Source of the DNA: a bacterium
GTDB taxonomy: Bacteria > SZUA-182 > DTGQ01 > JAFGSM01
Assembly: GCA_049472315.1 (NCBI GenBank)
Contig: JBLIRN010000009.1
Span: 20,375 to 84,374 of the forward strand
DNA length: 64,000 bases
Direction: 5' to 3'
In this document: piece by piece, positions 21,728 to 32,150 of the stretch
How the letters are laid out: the number at the start of each line of letters is the position of its first letter
Numbering within the stretch: the first letter of the stretch is position 1
Program-made: the position numbers and the translations under genes
The notes under the pieces: generated by a model
What the model was told of the DNA's origin: nothing
The model's database searches: none
What the model saw: the letters and a program-made list of their open reading frames with translations, nothing else

Positions 21728-24184
21728 ATGGTCACTGAATCGAGAAGTATTCCCGTCGATATTGAAGACGAGTTGAGGACCTCCTATCTGGATTACGCCA
21801 TGAGCGTAATCATCGGCAGGGCGCTTCCTGACGTACGGGATGGACTAAAACCGGTCCACCGCCGCATCCTCTATGGCATGCATGAGCTCGGATTGACCTG
21901 GAACAGGCCGTACAAGAAATCCGCTCGTGTCGTTGGGGAGGTCCTTGGAAAATATCATCCCCACGGAGATGCCGCCCTTTATGACAGCATAACCCGTATG
22001 GTCCAGGAATTCTCCATGAAGATCCCGCTCATCGACGGGCAGGGGAATTTCGGGTCCATAGACGGTGATTCGCCCGCGGCTATGAGGTACACGGAGATCA
22101 GGCTGGCACGGATAAGCGAGCACATGCTGTCTGATCTTGAAAAGGATACGGTGGATTTTGCGCCAAATTTCGACGGAAGCCTTACCGAGCCCATTGTTCT
22201 TCCGACCAGGATACCCAATCTCCTGGTAAACGGATCATCCGGCATTGCCGTAGGCATGTCCACAAACATCCCGCCGCACAATATAGGAGAGGTCATCGAC
22301 GGACTCGTTCATTTGATCGATACGCCGGAAGCGGATATCGATTCCGTTATGCAGTACATTAAGGGTCCCGACTTTCCGACCGGTGCCTTCATCTATGGAA
22401 AGGAGGGTATTGTCGATGCCTACCGCACCGGCAGGGGAATTATCCAGGTACGGGCACGCTGCGAGGTGGAGATCGACGAAAAGAAAGACAGGGAACGCAT
22501 TATCATAAAGGAACTTCCCTACCAGGTAAACAAGGCCCGTCTTGTAGAAAAGATCGCCGAACTGGTCAACGAGGGAAAACTTGAGGGTATACAGGACATC
22601 AGGGACGAGTCCGACCGCGACGGAATGCGCATCGTTCTTGATTTGAAGAAGAACCAGGTGGCCAAGGTGATCATGAACCAGCTCTATAAGCATACGCAGA
22701 TGCAGATGAGCTTCGGCATCATCATGCTCGCCCTGGTGAAAAACAAGCCCAAGATATTGAACATCAAAACGATTCTTCGCTTGTTCCTCGATCACAGAAG
22801 GGATATCGTCACACGCCGCACGCGATTTGAGCTTAAGGAGGCAAAGGAAAAGGCCCATATCCTGGAAGGGCTCAAAATCGCCATCGATAACATCGATGCG
22901 GTGGTCCATTTGATCAGGTCGTCCGCCACGCCCGATCAGGCCCGTCAACGATTGATGGAGGAGTTCCAGCTTACCGAGATACAGGCGAACGCCATACTCA
23001 ATATGAGGCTCCAGAGGCTCACCGGGCTGGAGAGGGACAAGATTATCAAGGAACTTGAGGATCTGTACGCATTGATCAAGAAACTTGAGTCAATCCTGGG
23101 AAGCGACGAACTTCTCATGGGGCTGATCAGGGATGAACTGCTGGAGATTAAGAAGATCTACAACCAGCCCCGACAGAGCAAGATCATCCCCCACGAGGAG
23201 GAGATCGCATACGAGGATACGATACAGGAAAAGGATGTGGTGGTGGTGATAACGCACCGCGGATATGCTAAGACCACCTCCCTGGATTATTTTAGGGTGC
23301 AAAAAAGAAGGGGATATGGCGTCAGGGGCGTCACTACCGTTGAGGAGGATTTTCCCGAACACCTGTTCGTCACCACCACGCATCACTATATCTTCTTTTT
23401 CACCGACTCGGGTCAATTCTACTGGTGCAAGGTCTATGAAATACCCGAGGCCACCCGGCAATCCAAGGGAAAACCACTGGTAAACCTCATTCCCATTACC
23501 AAGGATGAGAGGATAACGGCCATCTTTGCATTCAAGGAATTCGACGAAGGGCACTTTCTCATTATGGCCACGAAAAAGGGCAAGGTGAAAAAGAGCTGTG
23601 TGAGCGAATATCAAACCACCCGCGGCCTGAGCATGCAGGGCACCATCGGGATCGCCCTCGAGCCCGACGACCGGCTCATTACTGTAAAGATGACCGACGG
23701 TCACGGTCATATCTTCCTGGGCAGCAAACGGGGCATGGCCATCCACTTCAGTGAGGAAAATATCAGGCCTTTGGGCAGGAGATCCCAGGGGGTTCGGGGG
23801 ATACATCTCGATCCGGATGACGAGGTGGTGGACATGCAGATCGTGTCCGAGGGAGAATCCCTCCTCACGGTTACCGAGCAGGGATACGGCAAGCTGAGCG
23901 CCCTTTCACTCTACAGGGAGCAGCACCGCGGCGGAAAGGGGCTGAAGAACATTCAGATAAAGAAGGGCAAGGGATCCGTGGTAGGGGTCAAGGCCGTGCG
24001 GACATCGGACACCATTATGCTCATCACCGCGCTGGGGACGGTAATCTGGGTGCCGGTAGAGGGCATACGGTGTCTGGGAAGGAACACCCAGGGGGTAAAA
24101 CTCGTCACCCTTGACACCGATGACAAGGTGGTCGGAGTGGCACGCCTCGAAGACAGGGCCGAAGTGGGGGATGATGAGAAATAG
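21728..24184 (+). CDS. gyrA: DNA gyrase subunit A
   Basis: [31 protein letters not shown]-terminal beta-pinwheel repeats. Confidence 0.97.
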   Translation: MVTESRSIPVDIEDELRTSYLDYAMSVIIGRALPDVRDGLKPVHRRILYGMHELGLTWNRPYKKSARVVGEVLGKYHPHGDAALYDSITRMVQEFSMKIPLIDGQGNFGSIDGDSPAAMRYTEIRLARISEHMLSDLEKDTVDFAPNFDGSLTEPIVLPTRIPNLLVNGSSGIAVGMSTNIPPHNIGEVIDGLVHLIDTPEADIDSVMQYIKGPDFPTGAFIYGKEGIVDAYRTGRGIIQVRARCEVEIDEKKDRERIIIKELPYQVNKARLVEKIAELVNEGKLEGIQDIRDESDRDGMRIVLDLKKNQVAKVIMNQLYKHTQMQMSFGIIMLALVKNKPKILNIKTILRLFLDHRRDIVTRRTRFELKEAKEKAHILEGLKIAIDNIDAVVHLIRSSATPDQARQRLMEEFQLTEIQANAILNMRLQRLTGLERDKIIKELEDLYALIKKLESILGSDELLMGLIRDELLEIKKIYNQPRQSKIIPHEEEIAYEDTIQEKDVVVVITHRGYAKTTSLDYFRVQKRRGYGVRGVTTVEEDFPEHLFVTTTHHYIFFFTDSGQFYWCKVYEIPEATRQSKGKPLVNLIPITKDERITAIFAFKEFDEGHFLIMATKKGKVKKSCVSEYQTTRGLSMQGTIGIALEPDDRLITVKMTDGHGHIFLGSKRGMAIHFSEENIRPLGRRSQGVRGIHLDPDDEVVDMQIVSEGESLLTVTEQGYGKLSALSLYREQHRGGKGLKNIQIKKGKGSVVGVKAVRTSDTIMLITALGTVIWVPVEGIRCLGRNTQGVKLVTLDTDDKVVGVARLEDRAEVGDDEK

Positions 24185-24983
24185 GCTGATCCCGATCGTA
24201 CTGATATTCTTGCTCGTTATAGGCTGCCTCGGAAGACAAAAGGGTGAAAAGCTTTTTAACCACGCCATAGATCTTTGGACCAAGGGGAAATATACAAAAT
24301 CCCTGGAAGCCTTTGAGTCCTTTCTCGATCAATATCCCCATCATCCCTTTTCCCCCGAGGCGAACCTGTGGATTGCGGATATTCGTTACCTGCATATGAA
24401 CGATTATGTTCAGGCCGTGTATGACTATCGCCGGCTGGTGACGAATTATCCGAAGAGCGAATACGCACCGGTCGCCCAGATGAAGATCGCCAAGATCCTC
24501 TTCGATGTGCTCTCTGAGCAGCATCAGGCCATAAGCGAGTATCAGATCTTTTTGAAGCTCTTTCCCAATCATCCGCAGGCCCCGAAGGCCCAATACAGCA
24601 TTGCGGAGATATTCGCATATCTGGAGGATTTCAAGCAGGCGATCACCGAGTTCGAGCTCTTTCTGGAGCGGTACCCCCAATCGGACATGAAAATCCATGT
24701 CTTTCAGAGGCTGGGGGAGCTCTATTGCCTGGAGAACATGTATGACGATGCCACCAAATACCTCAAGACCGCCCTGCAGTTGTCCGACGATGAGGATATG
24801 AAGACACGCATCACCAAGGGTATGGCGGACTGCTATATAAATCAAGGTGAACTTGCCAAGGGACTGGAGCTCTATGAAGGGATGCTCAAGAATGATCCCC
24901 AGAATGAGACCTTAATGCATCGGGTGGAAAGCCTGAGGACCCAGCTCAAGATCTCGACCGCGGACCAGAAGTATAAATGGTAG
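24171..24983 (+). CDS. TPR-repeat lipoprotein (BamD/CpoB-like)
   Basis: Signal peptide with lipobox VIGC; repeated F..YP....A..A TPR units. Confidence 0.8.
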   Translation: MMRNRLIPIVLIFLLVIGCLGRQKGEKLFNHAIDLWTKGKYTKSLEAFESFLDQYPHHPFSPEANLWIADIRYLHMNDYVQAVYDYRRLVTNYPKSEYAPVAQMKIAKILFDVLSEQHQAISEYQIFLKLFPNHPQAPKAQYSIAEIFAYLEDFKQAITEFELFLERYPQSDMKIHVFQRLGELYCLENMYDDATKYLKTALQLSDDEDMKTRITKGMADCYINQGELAKGLELYEGMLKNDPQNETLMHRVESLRTQLKISTADQKYKW

Positions 24984-25071
24984 ACCAATCCGCGAGATTG
25001 ACAGAGATCCGTTCCGATGATACCCTTATACGTCGAAATTTCCTTTGTGCCAACGGATGCGAGGATTTTCC

Positions 25072-26349
25072 ATGCTTGATAAACGGTTCGTAAGGGAACA
25101 CTTTGACCACGTCAGGGAAAAAATCGCCCAGAGGGGCATTGATGTTGGGCTGGAATCCTTTGCCCAAAAGGACACGGAGAGGCGGGAGCTCCTGCAAAGG
25201 AGCGAGGAGTTGCGGCATACAAAGAATGTGGTGTCCGAACAAATCGGCGGCATGATGAAGAGGAAGGAGGACGCCTCGGTCCTCATCGCCCGGATGAAGG
25301 ATGTCTCCGAGGAGATACGAGGCATCGAGGAACGCCTCAAGGGTATCGACGCCGCCATAGAGGAACTCTTTCTTTCCATTCCCAATGTTCCCCATGAATC
25401 CGTCCCTGTGGGAACCGATGCGCGCGACAACGCCGTGGTGAAGACCTGGGGCGAGCCGGCGGAATTCCCCTTCCAGCCGAGACCCCATTGGGAAATAGGG
25501 GACATCCTCGGTATTATCGATTTCGAATGCGCCGCAAAGATCTCCGGTGCGCGATTCGCCCTGCTAAAGGGAACCGGGGCCCGCCTGGAGCGGGCGCTCA
25601 TCAGCTTCATGCTGGACCTTCATATCAAGGAACACGGCTACACCGAGGTACTTCCGCCTCTTTTGGTGAATGCGGACAGCATGTTCGGAACCGGCCAACT
25701 CCCCAAGTTCGAACAGGACCTTTTTCGAACAAGCGACGGCACCTATTACCTCATCCCAACCGCCGAGGTGCCGGTCACCAACATCCACAGGGATGAGATA
25801 TTGGATGGGAGCACCCTTCCCCGGAAATATGTCTCCTTTACCCCCTGCTTCAGAAGCGAGGCGGGCTCCTACGGAAAGGACACCCGGGGTCTTATCAGAC
25901 AGCACCAGTTCGACAAGGTGGAGCTGGTGAAGTTCTCCCGGCCGGAGCATTCCTATGACGAACTGGAATCCCTGCTCCTCAATGCGGAGGAGGTATTGAA
26001 GCGGCTCGATATCCCCTATCGCGTGGTCTCCCTGTGCACCGGGGATCTTGGTTTCTCGGCTGCAAAGACATATGATATAGAGGTGTGGGTACCCAGCCAG
26101 GGGGTCTACCGTGAGATCTCTTCCTGCAGCAACTTCGAGGATTTTCAGGCGAGAAGGGCGAAGATCCGGTTCAGGGACGGGTCCTCAGGAAAAACGGAGC
26201 TGGTGCATACCCTCAACGGATCGGGACTGGCCGTAGGCCGCACCATGGTGGCGGTGCTGGAGAACTATCAACAGGAAAACGGCGAGGTGGTCATTCCGGA
26301 GGCCCTGCGGCCCTATATGGATGGAATGGAGCGAATCGTCCGTCCGTAG
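25072..26349 (+). CDS. serS: Serine-tRNA ligase
   Basis: [60 protein letters not shown]. Confidence 0.98.
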   Translation: MLDKRFVREHFDHVREKIAQRGIDVGLESFAQKDTERRELLQRSEELRHTKNVVSEQIGGMMKRKEDASVLIARMKDVSEEIRGIEERLKGIDAAIEELFLSIPNVPHESVPVGTDARDNAVVKTWGEPAEFPFQPRPHWEIGDILGIIDFECAAKISGARFALLKGTGARLERALISFMLDLHIKEHGYTEVLPPLLVNADSMFGTGQLPKFEQDLFRTSDGTYYLIPTAEVPVTNIHRDEILDGSTLPRKYVSFTPCFRSEAGSYGKDTRGLIRQHQFDKVELVKFSRPEHSYDELESLLLNAEEVLKRLDIPYRVVSLCTGDLGFSAAKTYDIEVWVPSQGVYREISSCSNFEDFQARRAKIRFRDGSSGKTELVHTLNGSGLAVGRTMVAVLENYQQENGEVVIPEALRPYMDGMERIVRP

Positions 26350-26526
26350 AGGAATGTGGATAACATTCCGGATAGAGAAATCATATCGGGGCAAGGGGAT
26401 ATTGTCCCGACCTCGGTAAGCATGTAGAATGAGGACCTTCGTGGGGTAGGATAGACACGTTGCGATGCCGTACCTTCACAATGCATGTACTACACGAAAA
26501 AATAAAACGGTATTGTCTTAGCGGTT

Positions 26527-26612
26527 GGAGGGATGGCCGAGTGGTTTAAGGCGGCGGTCTTGAAAACCGTTGACCGAAAGGTCCGCAGGTTCGAATCCTG
26601 CTCCCTCCGCCA
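26527..26612 (+). tRNA. tRNA-Ser (anticodon UGA)
   Basis: GGAGGGA/TCCCTCC acceptor stem, anticodon loop CT-TGA-AA, long variable arm, GGTTCGAATCC, encoded CCA. Confidence 0.96.
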
Positions 26613-26878
26613 ACCTTTAAAACAATATGAAGAGTTCGTGAAGCAACAAAAGGCTCACGGAATTACCAACAATATGAACCGCTCGGGGAAGCATAAAAAA
26701 GCTCACGGAATTAATAATAATATCAGGATAAGGTACTTGCGGGGGTACAAAGACTCCTGGAATTGAGTTAGAATATAAAGCGCTCGCGGCCACATAAGAG
26801 CCCACGAAATTCGGTGAAAAGCAAAAGCGCTCGCGGAGGCACAAACGACACACGGAATTCAGCGCAAATCAAACGCTT
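26613..26878. repeat. Degenerate tandem array, about 5 units of about 48 bp, directly after tRNA-Ser(UGA)
   Basis: G(G/A)AATT unit ends start at 26659, 26707, 26759, 26806, 26854; shared AATAT..A.CGCTCG.GG..CA.AA...C.CACGGAATT. Confidence 0.75.
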
Positions 26879-27115
26879 GTACTTTTCATAGAACTCCCCT
26901 TTACAGTAGTAGCATTTCATAGTTCCGGCAAGAAAATGAGCTTGGTTCCCAGCCAAATTTTATCAATGAGTACGATATTTGTCCGCCGATCCCTACGCCC
27001 AGACATATGTAGAACCATGCAAAACAAGGCGTAAGGAATAGTCTCGCAGCGATCCATGTGCCACCACCTGTCCATGAATATCCTGACTGGGCAGGAATGC
27101 AAGAGTCAAATTCCC

Positions 27116-27169
27116 TGTAGGCCGGATCCGGGTGTGTGGGAAGATGATTTTATAAGGAGGAAGATATGA
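27116..27169 (+). pseudogene. C-terminal remnant of a DUF4258-like (putative toxin) gene
   Basis: CRPDPGVWEDDFIRRKI*; stop overlaps the next start (ATGA). Confidence 0.5.
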
Positions 27170-27381
27170 CAAAGAGGCGTCATAGAAAACTCGTGCACGA
27201 GGGTGAATATGTCGCAGAAGTTGATGTAGAACTTCTTGATACTGGTGATGGATGGTCACCATATCTTTCCCTCGAAGACGCCCAAAAACTAGATGATGTG
27301 AGGGAGGCACTGCGAGAAGGCGCCATCCGGAGAGCAGCAAAACTTGCCCGAGTATTTAGACATACACCAGTATCAAGTTAA
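27166..27381 (+). CDS. Small hypothetical protein, putative antitoxin partner
   Basis: AAGGAGG RBS; MTKRRHRKLVHEGEYVAEVDVEL...WSPYLSLEDAQKLDDVREALR. Confidence 0.7.
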   Translation: MTKRRHRKLVHEGEYVAEVDVELLDTGDGWSPYLSLEDAQKLDDVREALREGAIRRAAKLARVFRHTPVSS

Positions 27382-27412
27382 AGCAAGCCCTTCACCAGGC
27401 AGGGAACGCGCA

Positions 27413-27500
27413 ATGGATTTTGCCGTAGGCTCTTTGGTCAACGCCCGGGGAAGCGTGTGAGTGGTGCTTCGCGACTCACAAAAAGACCTTCTTCTCCTGG
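27413..27500 (+). pseudogene. N-terminal remnant of an SNF2-type helicase gene
   Basis: MDFAVGSLVNARGSV*VVLRDSQKDLLLL; in-frame TGA at 27458-27460 where this motif normally has Trp (recalled ARGREWVVLP). Confidence 0.55.
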
Positions 27501-27747
27501 CGCTCGATCGTTCGGCTGTTCGGATAATCATCGCAGACGATGTGCGGACGGGCAAAACCACATTCCATTGCCTTCTGGGCGAAATTTTGGTATAAAGGTG
27601 GCTGCCGAATGTGTAGTATTTTGGTGTGAAGGGAGATTTCATCGGCGTTTCGAGTTCGTAATGACCGGGTCAACCAGCATGATGGATTATCGTGCCGGTA
27701 CGTACAATCCGGGTAAATGGCATTTAATACAAGGACATATTTTGGAT

Positions 27748-27840
27748 GGAGAGGTGGCCGAGCCGGCTTAAGGCGCACGCCTGCTAAGCGTGTGGGTGGG
27801 TAAAACTGCCTCGAGGGTTCGAATCCCTCCCTCTCCGCCA
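27748..27840 (+). tRNA. tRNA-Ser (anticodon GCU)
   Basis: GGAGAGG/CCTCTCC acceptor stem, CACGC-CT-GCT-AA-GCGTG anticodon arm, long variable arm, GGTTCGAATCC, CCA. Confidence 0.96.
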
Positions 27841-28081
27841 TATCTAATGGCCTTATAGCCCCTTTACAGTCTGATTCAATTTTCTATTCCATTATCGAGT
27901 CCTTCCCAGACGGATCGCTTTGCAGTACTGGCGTGCATTCAGTGTGTGGTGGCCGCGTGTGATGTTTTTTGACCGGAAACTATAGTAAGATACATATACA
28001 GAGTGGGATTGTGGGCCTTTTCATATTCGTGAGAGGAGCACAGTGCGAAGCTGCGCTTCGCCTGGCACGCTTGGTTGATCG

Positions 28082-28879
28082 ATGATCAAACGGGATGACC
28101 TTTTTGTATCGATCGTGAATGGACCGTCCGGTGATTCGCTGTTCAGTGCGAATCACCCCGGCGACATCAATATGGAGATCCCCACCTTCTATTCCCCGGC
28201 CCTGCTGGACGGGGATTGGATGTCGTACGCAAGCAGGATCCGGCGCATGCTCGAAAAAAACGGCTGCACCTGCGGACTCCATGGCCCCTTTTACGACCTC
28301 GCCTACCATTCGCCTGATCCGTTGATCCGGGAGGTGGCTGAGAAGCGGCTTCGGCAGGGGCTTAGGATAGCTGCGGAGCTCAATGCGAGATACATCGTAT
28401 TCCACAGTACGTACAATCAGTTCGTGGTGGAACCGGATTATTGGAAGAAATGGCCTAAAACCGCTCTAAGGGGACTGCATGGGGTGCTGGAGGATGCGGA
28501 GAAACGGAAAATTCCCATTGTCATTGAAAATATATGGGATGACAGACCCGAGGCCATCAGGGGACTTCTGGACCTGGCATCCTCGGAATATCTGAAGGCC
28601 TGCATCGACGTGGGCCATTTCAACCTTTTTTCGAAGGCCCCCTTGAAGGACTGGCTGGAGGTCCTGTCCGGAGATATCGCCCATTTTCATCTGCACAACA
28701 ATTTCGGAAGGCTCGATGAACACAACAGCCTGGAGAGCGGGAGCTTCGATTTTGTGCAACTCTTTCGTCTCATTGGCGAGCACGCCATCAGGGCGACGTA
28801 TACCATCGAGATTCAAAGGATCGAGGGCATAGACACAAGCATCAGGTTTCTTCATGAATTGGGGGCATTGAAACCCTAA
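28082..28879 (+). CDS. Sugar phosphate isomerase/epimerase family TIM-barrel protein (AP endonuclease 2-like)
   Basis: LHGPFYDL, VFH, IENIW, CIDVGH, HFHLHNN...DEH, TIE. Confidence 0.85.
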   Translation: MIKRDDLFVSIVNGPSGDSLFSANHPGDINMEIPTFYSPALLDGDWMSYASRIRRMLEKNGCTCGLHGPFYDLAYHSPDPLIREVAEKRLRQGLRIAAELNARYIVFHSTYNQFVVEPDYWKKWPKTALRGLHGVLEDAEKRKIPIVIENIWDDRPEAIRGLLDLASSEYLKACIDVGHFNLFSKAPLKDWLEVLSGDIAHFHLHNNFGRLDEHNSLESGSFDFVQLFRLIGEHAIRATYTIEIQRIEGIDTSIRFLHELGALKP

Positions 28880-28905
28880 GCAACCGTGAAACAGGAGAGC
28901 GGGGC

Positions 28906-29508
28906 ATGGAACATACCATTGAAAATGCAGCGCGCAGGATCGTCGGCGAGTCCATAAAGGTGCATCAGGATATCCTGGATGGCTCGATGGACCCGCTGGC
29001 TGCGGCAACCGAAATGCTGGTCAGGGCACTCAAGCAGGGGAACAAGGTCCTCTTTTTCGGCAATGGGGGGAGTGCTGCGGATGCCCAGCATCTTGCCGCC
29101 GAGCTGGTGAACCGATTCCTTTTCGACAGACCGGCCCTTCCCGGCATCGCCTTGACCACCGATACCTCCGTGCTCACCAGCATCGCGAATGACTCCGATT
29201 ACACCATGATCTTCAGCCGCCAGGTAGAGGCATTGGGCAGGGAGGGCGACGTCGCCTTCGGCATAACCACCAGCGGATCATCGGGGAATGTGCTTGCGGG
29301 GTTGAAAAAGGCGCGGGAGCGGGGAATGGGAACCATTGCACTGATCGGCGGGAGAAACGTGGAATCCCTGCGTGATTCCGTTGACGTGGTGATTTCCGTT
29401 CCCTCCACCAGCACACCAAGGATTCAGGAGGCGCATATCATGATCGGCCATATCCTGTGCGAATTGGTTGAAGAACAAATGTTTTCGAATTTCAGGGAAG
29501 GGTGCTGA
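28906..29508 (+). CDS. gmhA: D-sedoheptulose 7-phosphate isomerase
   Basis: GNGGSAADAQHLAAEL, TSIAND, FSRQV, TTSGSSGN, TPRIQEAH. Confidence 0.95.
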   Translation: MEHTIENAARRIVGESIKVHQDILDGSMDPLAAATEMLVRALKQGNKVLFFGNGGSAADAQHLAAELVNRFLFDRPALPGIALTTDTSVLTSIANDSDYTMIFSRQVEALGREGDVAFGITTSGSSGNVLAGLKKARERGMGTIALIGGRNVESLRDSVDVVISVPSTSTPRIQEAHIMIGHILCELVEEQMFSNFREGC

Positions 29509-30464
29509 CCATGGACGAGAGGGCAGGGCTGCCGAAGATCAGGACCACGTCGATACGGGAACGGAAAAGCAGGGTGCGGATAGAGGACTTTTCCCGTCCG
29601 CTGGATCCGGGCCTTCGTATCGCCCCCTTTTTCGACCATCTCCCCAATATCCTTGCAGGAAAAACGCTCCGGGGGATCATCAGCGCGGTTGCCCGCGCCC
29701 ATGCGGAGAAACGGGGGATCATCTGGGCGATGGGTGCGCATGTCATAAAGTGCGGGCTTTCCCCCATATTGATCGATCTCATGGAGCGGGGACTTATCAC
29801 CACCCTTGCCCTGAACGGGGCGGGGCTCATACACGATTTCGAGATCGCCCTGTTCGGAGAGACCTCGGAGGATGTGGAAGAAGGCCTGAACAAGGGGGAA
29901 TTCGGCATGGCCGCGGAGACTGGGGAGTTGCTGAACAAGGCCATCAATACGGGGGTGGAGGCAGGCTCGGGCATCGGGGAGGGGGTGGGCCGCTGGCTGG
30001 CGGAGCACGGCCCTCAATTCCGCGCATACAGCCTGGTGGCACGCGCCTATGACATGGGGATACCGGTGACCGTGCATGTGGCCATAGGCACGGATATCAT
30101 CCACATGCATCCGAGCGCCGATGGCGCGCGGATCGGCGAGGGGAGCATGAGGGATTTTCACCGCCTGGTTGCATCCATACAAACCCTCGATGCAGGAGGG
30201 ATATATTTCAATATCGGCTCCGCCGTCATACTCCCGGAGGTATTCCTCAAGGCCGTTTCCATGATCGTCAGCGGCGGGGTGCCGCTGAATGATTACGTTA
30301 CCGTGAACATGGACTTCATCCGGCACTATCGTCCCCTTCAAAACGTGGTGAAAAGGCCGGTTGCCGGCAGGGGGAGGGGATACTCCCTCATCGGGCACCA
30401 TGAACTCCTCATCCCCTTGGTGGCGGCGGGGATCAGGGAGGAGATTGCTGCAGGGAAGGCATAA
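29502..30464 (+). CDS. Conserved hypothetical protein, deoxyhypusine-synthase-like fold
   Basis: MGAHVIKCGL, NGAGLIHDFE, VHVAIGTDIIHMH, GSAVILPEVFLKA, GHHELLIP. Confidence 0.7.
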   Translation: MLTMDERAGLPKIRTTSIRERKSRVRIEDFSRPLDPGLRIAPFFDHLPNILAGKTLRGIISAVARAHAEKRGIIWAMGAHVIKCGLSPILIDLMERGLITTLALNGAGLIHDFEIALFGETSEDVEEGLNKGEFGMAAETGELLNKAINTGVEAGSGIGEGVGRWLAEHGPQFRAYSLVARAYDMGIPVTVHVAIGTDIIHMHPSADGARIGEGSMRDFHRLVASIQTLDAGGIYFNIGSAVILPEVFLKAVSMIVSGGVPLNDYVTVNMDFIRHYRPLQNVVKRPVAGRGRGYSLIGHHELLIPLVAAGIREEIAAGKA

Positions 30465-31255
30465 TGCGCCTGGACAGCCTGATGTTCGAGCGCGGGATGG
30501 TGTCCAGCCGATCGCGCGCCCAGGCGTTGATTATGGCCGGAAAGGTCTTTGTGGACGGGAGGTGTGAGCAAAAGGCCGGCCATGAGGTGTCCGAGGGTGC
30601 AGATATCGAGGTCAGGGGCCTCGATCATCCCTATGTCGGCAGGGGAGGGGTAAAACTCGAGGCGGCGATCAGGCGTTTTGCTATCGATTGCACCGGGCTC
30701 ACCGCATTGGATGTGGGCGCGTCGACCGGCGGGTTTACGGATTGCCTCCTGCAGCATGGGGCCGGTAAGGTCTATGCCCTGGACGTCGGCTTCGGACAGC
30801 TCGATTGGGGGCTGCGGAATGATCCGCGCGTGGTAAACCTGGAAAGGGTCAACGCGCGATATGTCACACCTGATCTTATTCCCGAGCGGGTGGATATCGT
30901 AACCATCGACTGCTCATTTATCTCCCTGAAGCTCGTACTGAACGGCATCCTTCCCCTTCTTGCCGAAGGCACGCGGATTATTGCCCTGGTAAAACCCCAG
31001 TTTGAGGTTAAAAGGGGTGAGGTGGGAAAGGGAGGGGTGATTCGGGACCCTTTGCTCCATGAACGGGTGCTCAGGGAGCTGGTTGCGTTTGCGCATGATC
31101 GTGACCTTGCCGTGCAGGGAATCATCCCCTCCCCGATCAAGGGACCGAAAGGGAACAGGGAGTTTTTCATGTGTCTGCTGAAGGGTGCGGCAGGGGAGGT
31201 CCCGGAAATGGACCGGGTCATCCGCGAGGCATTGGGCGAGGCTGAGGCCGGATGA
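30464..31255 (+). CDS. tlyA: TlyA-family rRNA methyltransferase
   Basis: MRLD S4 domain, YVGRGGVKL, DVGASTGGFTDCLLQ, LVKPQFE, SPIKGPKGNREF. Confidence 0.93.
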   Translation: MRLDSLMFERGMVSSRSRAQALIMAGKVFVDGRCEQKAGHEVSEGADIEVRGLDHPYVGRGGVKLEAAIRRFAIDCTGLTALDVGASTGGFTDCLLQHGAGKVYALDVGFGQLDWGLRNDPRVVNLERVNARYVTPDLIPERVDIVTIDCSFISLKLVLNGILPLLAEGTRIIALVKPQFEVKRGEVGKGGVIRDPLLHERVLRELVAFAHDRDLAVQGIIPSPIKGPKGNREFFMCLLKGAAGEVPEMDRVIREALGEAEAG

Positions 31256-31257
31256 TA

Positions 31258-31989
31258 CTACCGCCCGTACTGAAGCCTCTGTGCGAGGAATTCCGGTAAT
31301 CCCGCCTGGAGTATCTTTTCCTGGGCGCCGGTACAGTCGTATTCCAGGCGAATAAATTCCACGCAACGCGCGTCGTCATCATACACCACCAGGCAGGCCC
31401 GCCAATCTCCATCCCTGGGCTGGCCTATGCTCCCCACATTGATGATATACCGGCATCCCTTTTTGAGGTGAAGGGGGGATTCCTCGTGAACCGTGATGGC
31501 GCCCTTAGGTCCTATGCCGATCCCTATGGGGGAGTGAGAATGCCCGAGAAAACAAACCGGCTCGTCAAAGGCCGTGAAGTTTTCCCTGGCGTCATCCATG
31601 CTCATGATATAGTGCCATGCCCCAGGAAGGATCGGTGTTGCATGGACGAGGAACATCGTATTCGGTATGTTCACCGAGAGGGGAAGATTGGCGAGGTATG
31701 CACGCTCATTCTCATCCAGGGCATCGGCGGTCCACATAACCGCCTTCCTGGCAAAGGTATTGAAATATTCGATGCTGGTCAATCCCACTGCGGCATGATC
31801 GTGATTTCCAGCCAAGGACTCATGCGCGACCCTCTGCACCTCAGCAATGCACTCCTTGGGGTTCGCCCCGTAACCCACGATATCCCCGAGTGAATAGATG
31901 CGGGCATCGGGAAGGCTTTCCATAAACCCGAGCGCGGCGTGTAATGCCTCGAGATTGCCGTGTATATCCGAAAACAGAATATGCTTCAT
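31258..31989 (-). CDS. Metallophosphoesterase (calcineurin-like)
   Basis: SDIHGN, LGDIVGYG, GNHD, GHSH, NVGSIGQPRDG. Confidence 0.92.
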   Translation of the reverse strand: MKHILFSDIHGNLEALHAALGFMESLPDARIYSLGDIVGYGANPKECIAEVQRVAHESLAGNHDHAAVGLTSIEYFNTFARKAVMWTADALDENERAYLANLPLSVNIPNTMFLVHATPILPGAWHYIMSMDDARENFTAFDEPVCFLGHSHSPIGIGIGPKGAITVHEESPLHLKKGCRYIINVGSIGQPRDGDWRACLVVYDDDARCVEFIRLEYDCTGAQEKILQAGLPEFLAQRLQYGR

Positions 31990-32150
31990 GACAGCGAGAA
32001 TAGTGCGTTATTGTTGTACGCTCGCCCGCAGGAGAGGGCATTTTCCGAGGGGGAGACCATGGGGGAGGAGGTTCCATAGGTGCCATAATAATTGGTCGAT
32101 ATCCTGCGGGAAGGGGGAAGTATGTTGAGCATTACGTTTCATGCTTGACG

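Noticed and set aside
26613..26878. CRISPR array
   Set aside because: Units are too degenerate, the variable parts are short and partly similar to each other, and no cas genes are in the window
26527..27840. Intact integrative element with attL/attR at the tRNA-Ser genes
   Set aside because: No integrase and no duplicated tRNA 3' fragment; the similarity is just between two complete tRNAs
26533..27841. ORFs 26533-26766 (+) and 27476-27841 (-)
   Set aside because: They are translations through tRNA genes (MAEWFKAAVLKT, MAEREGFEPS artefacts)
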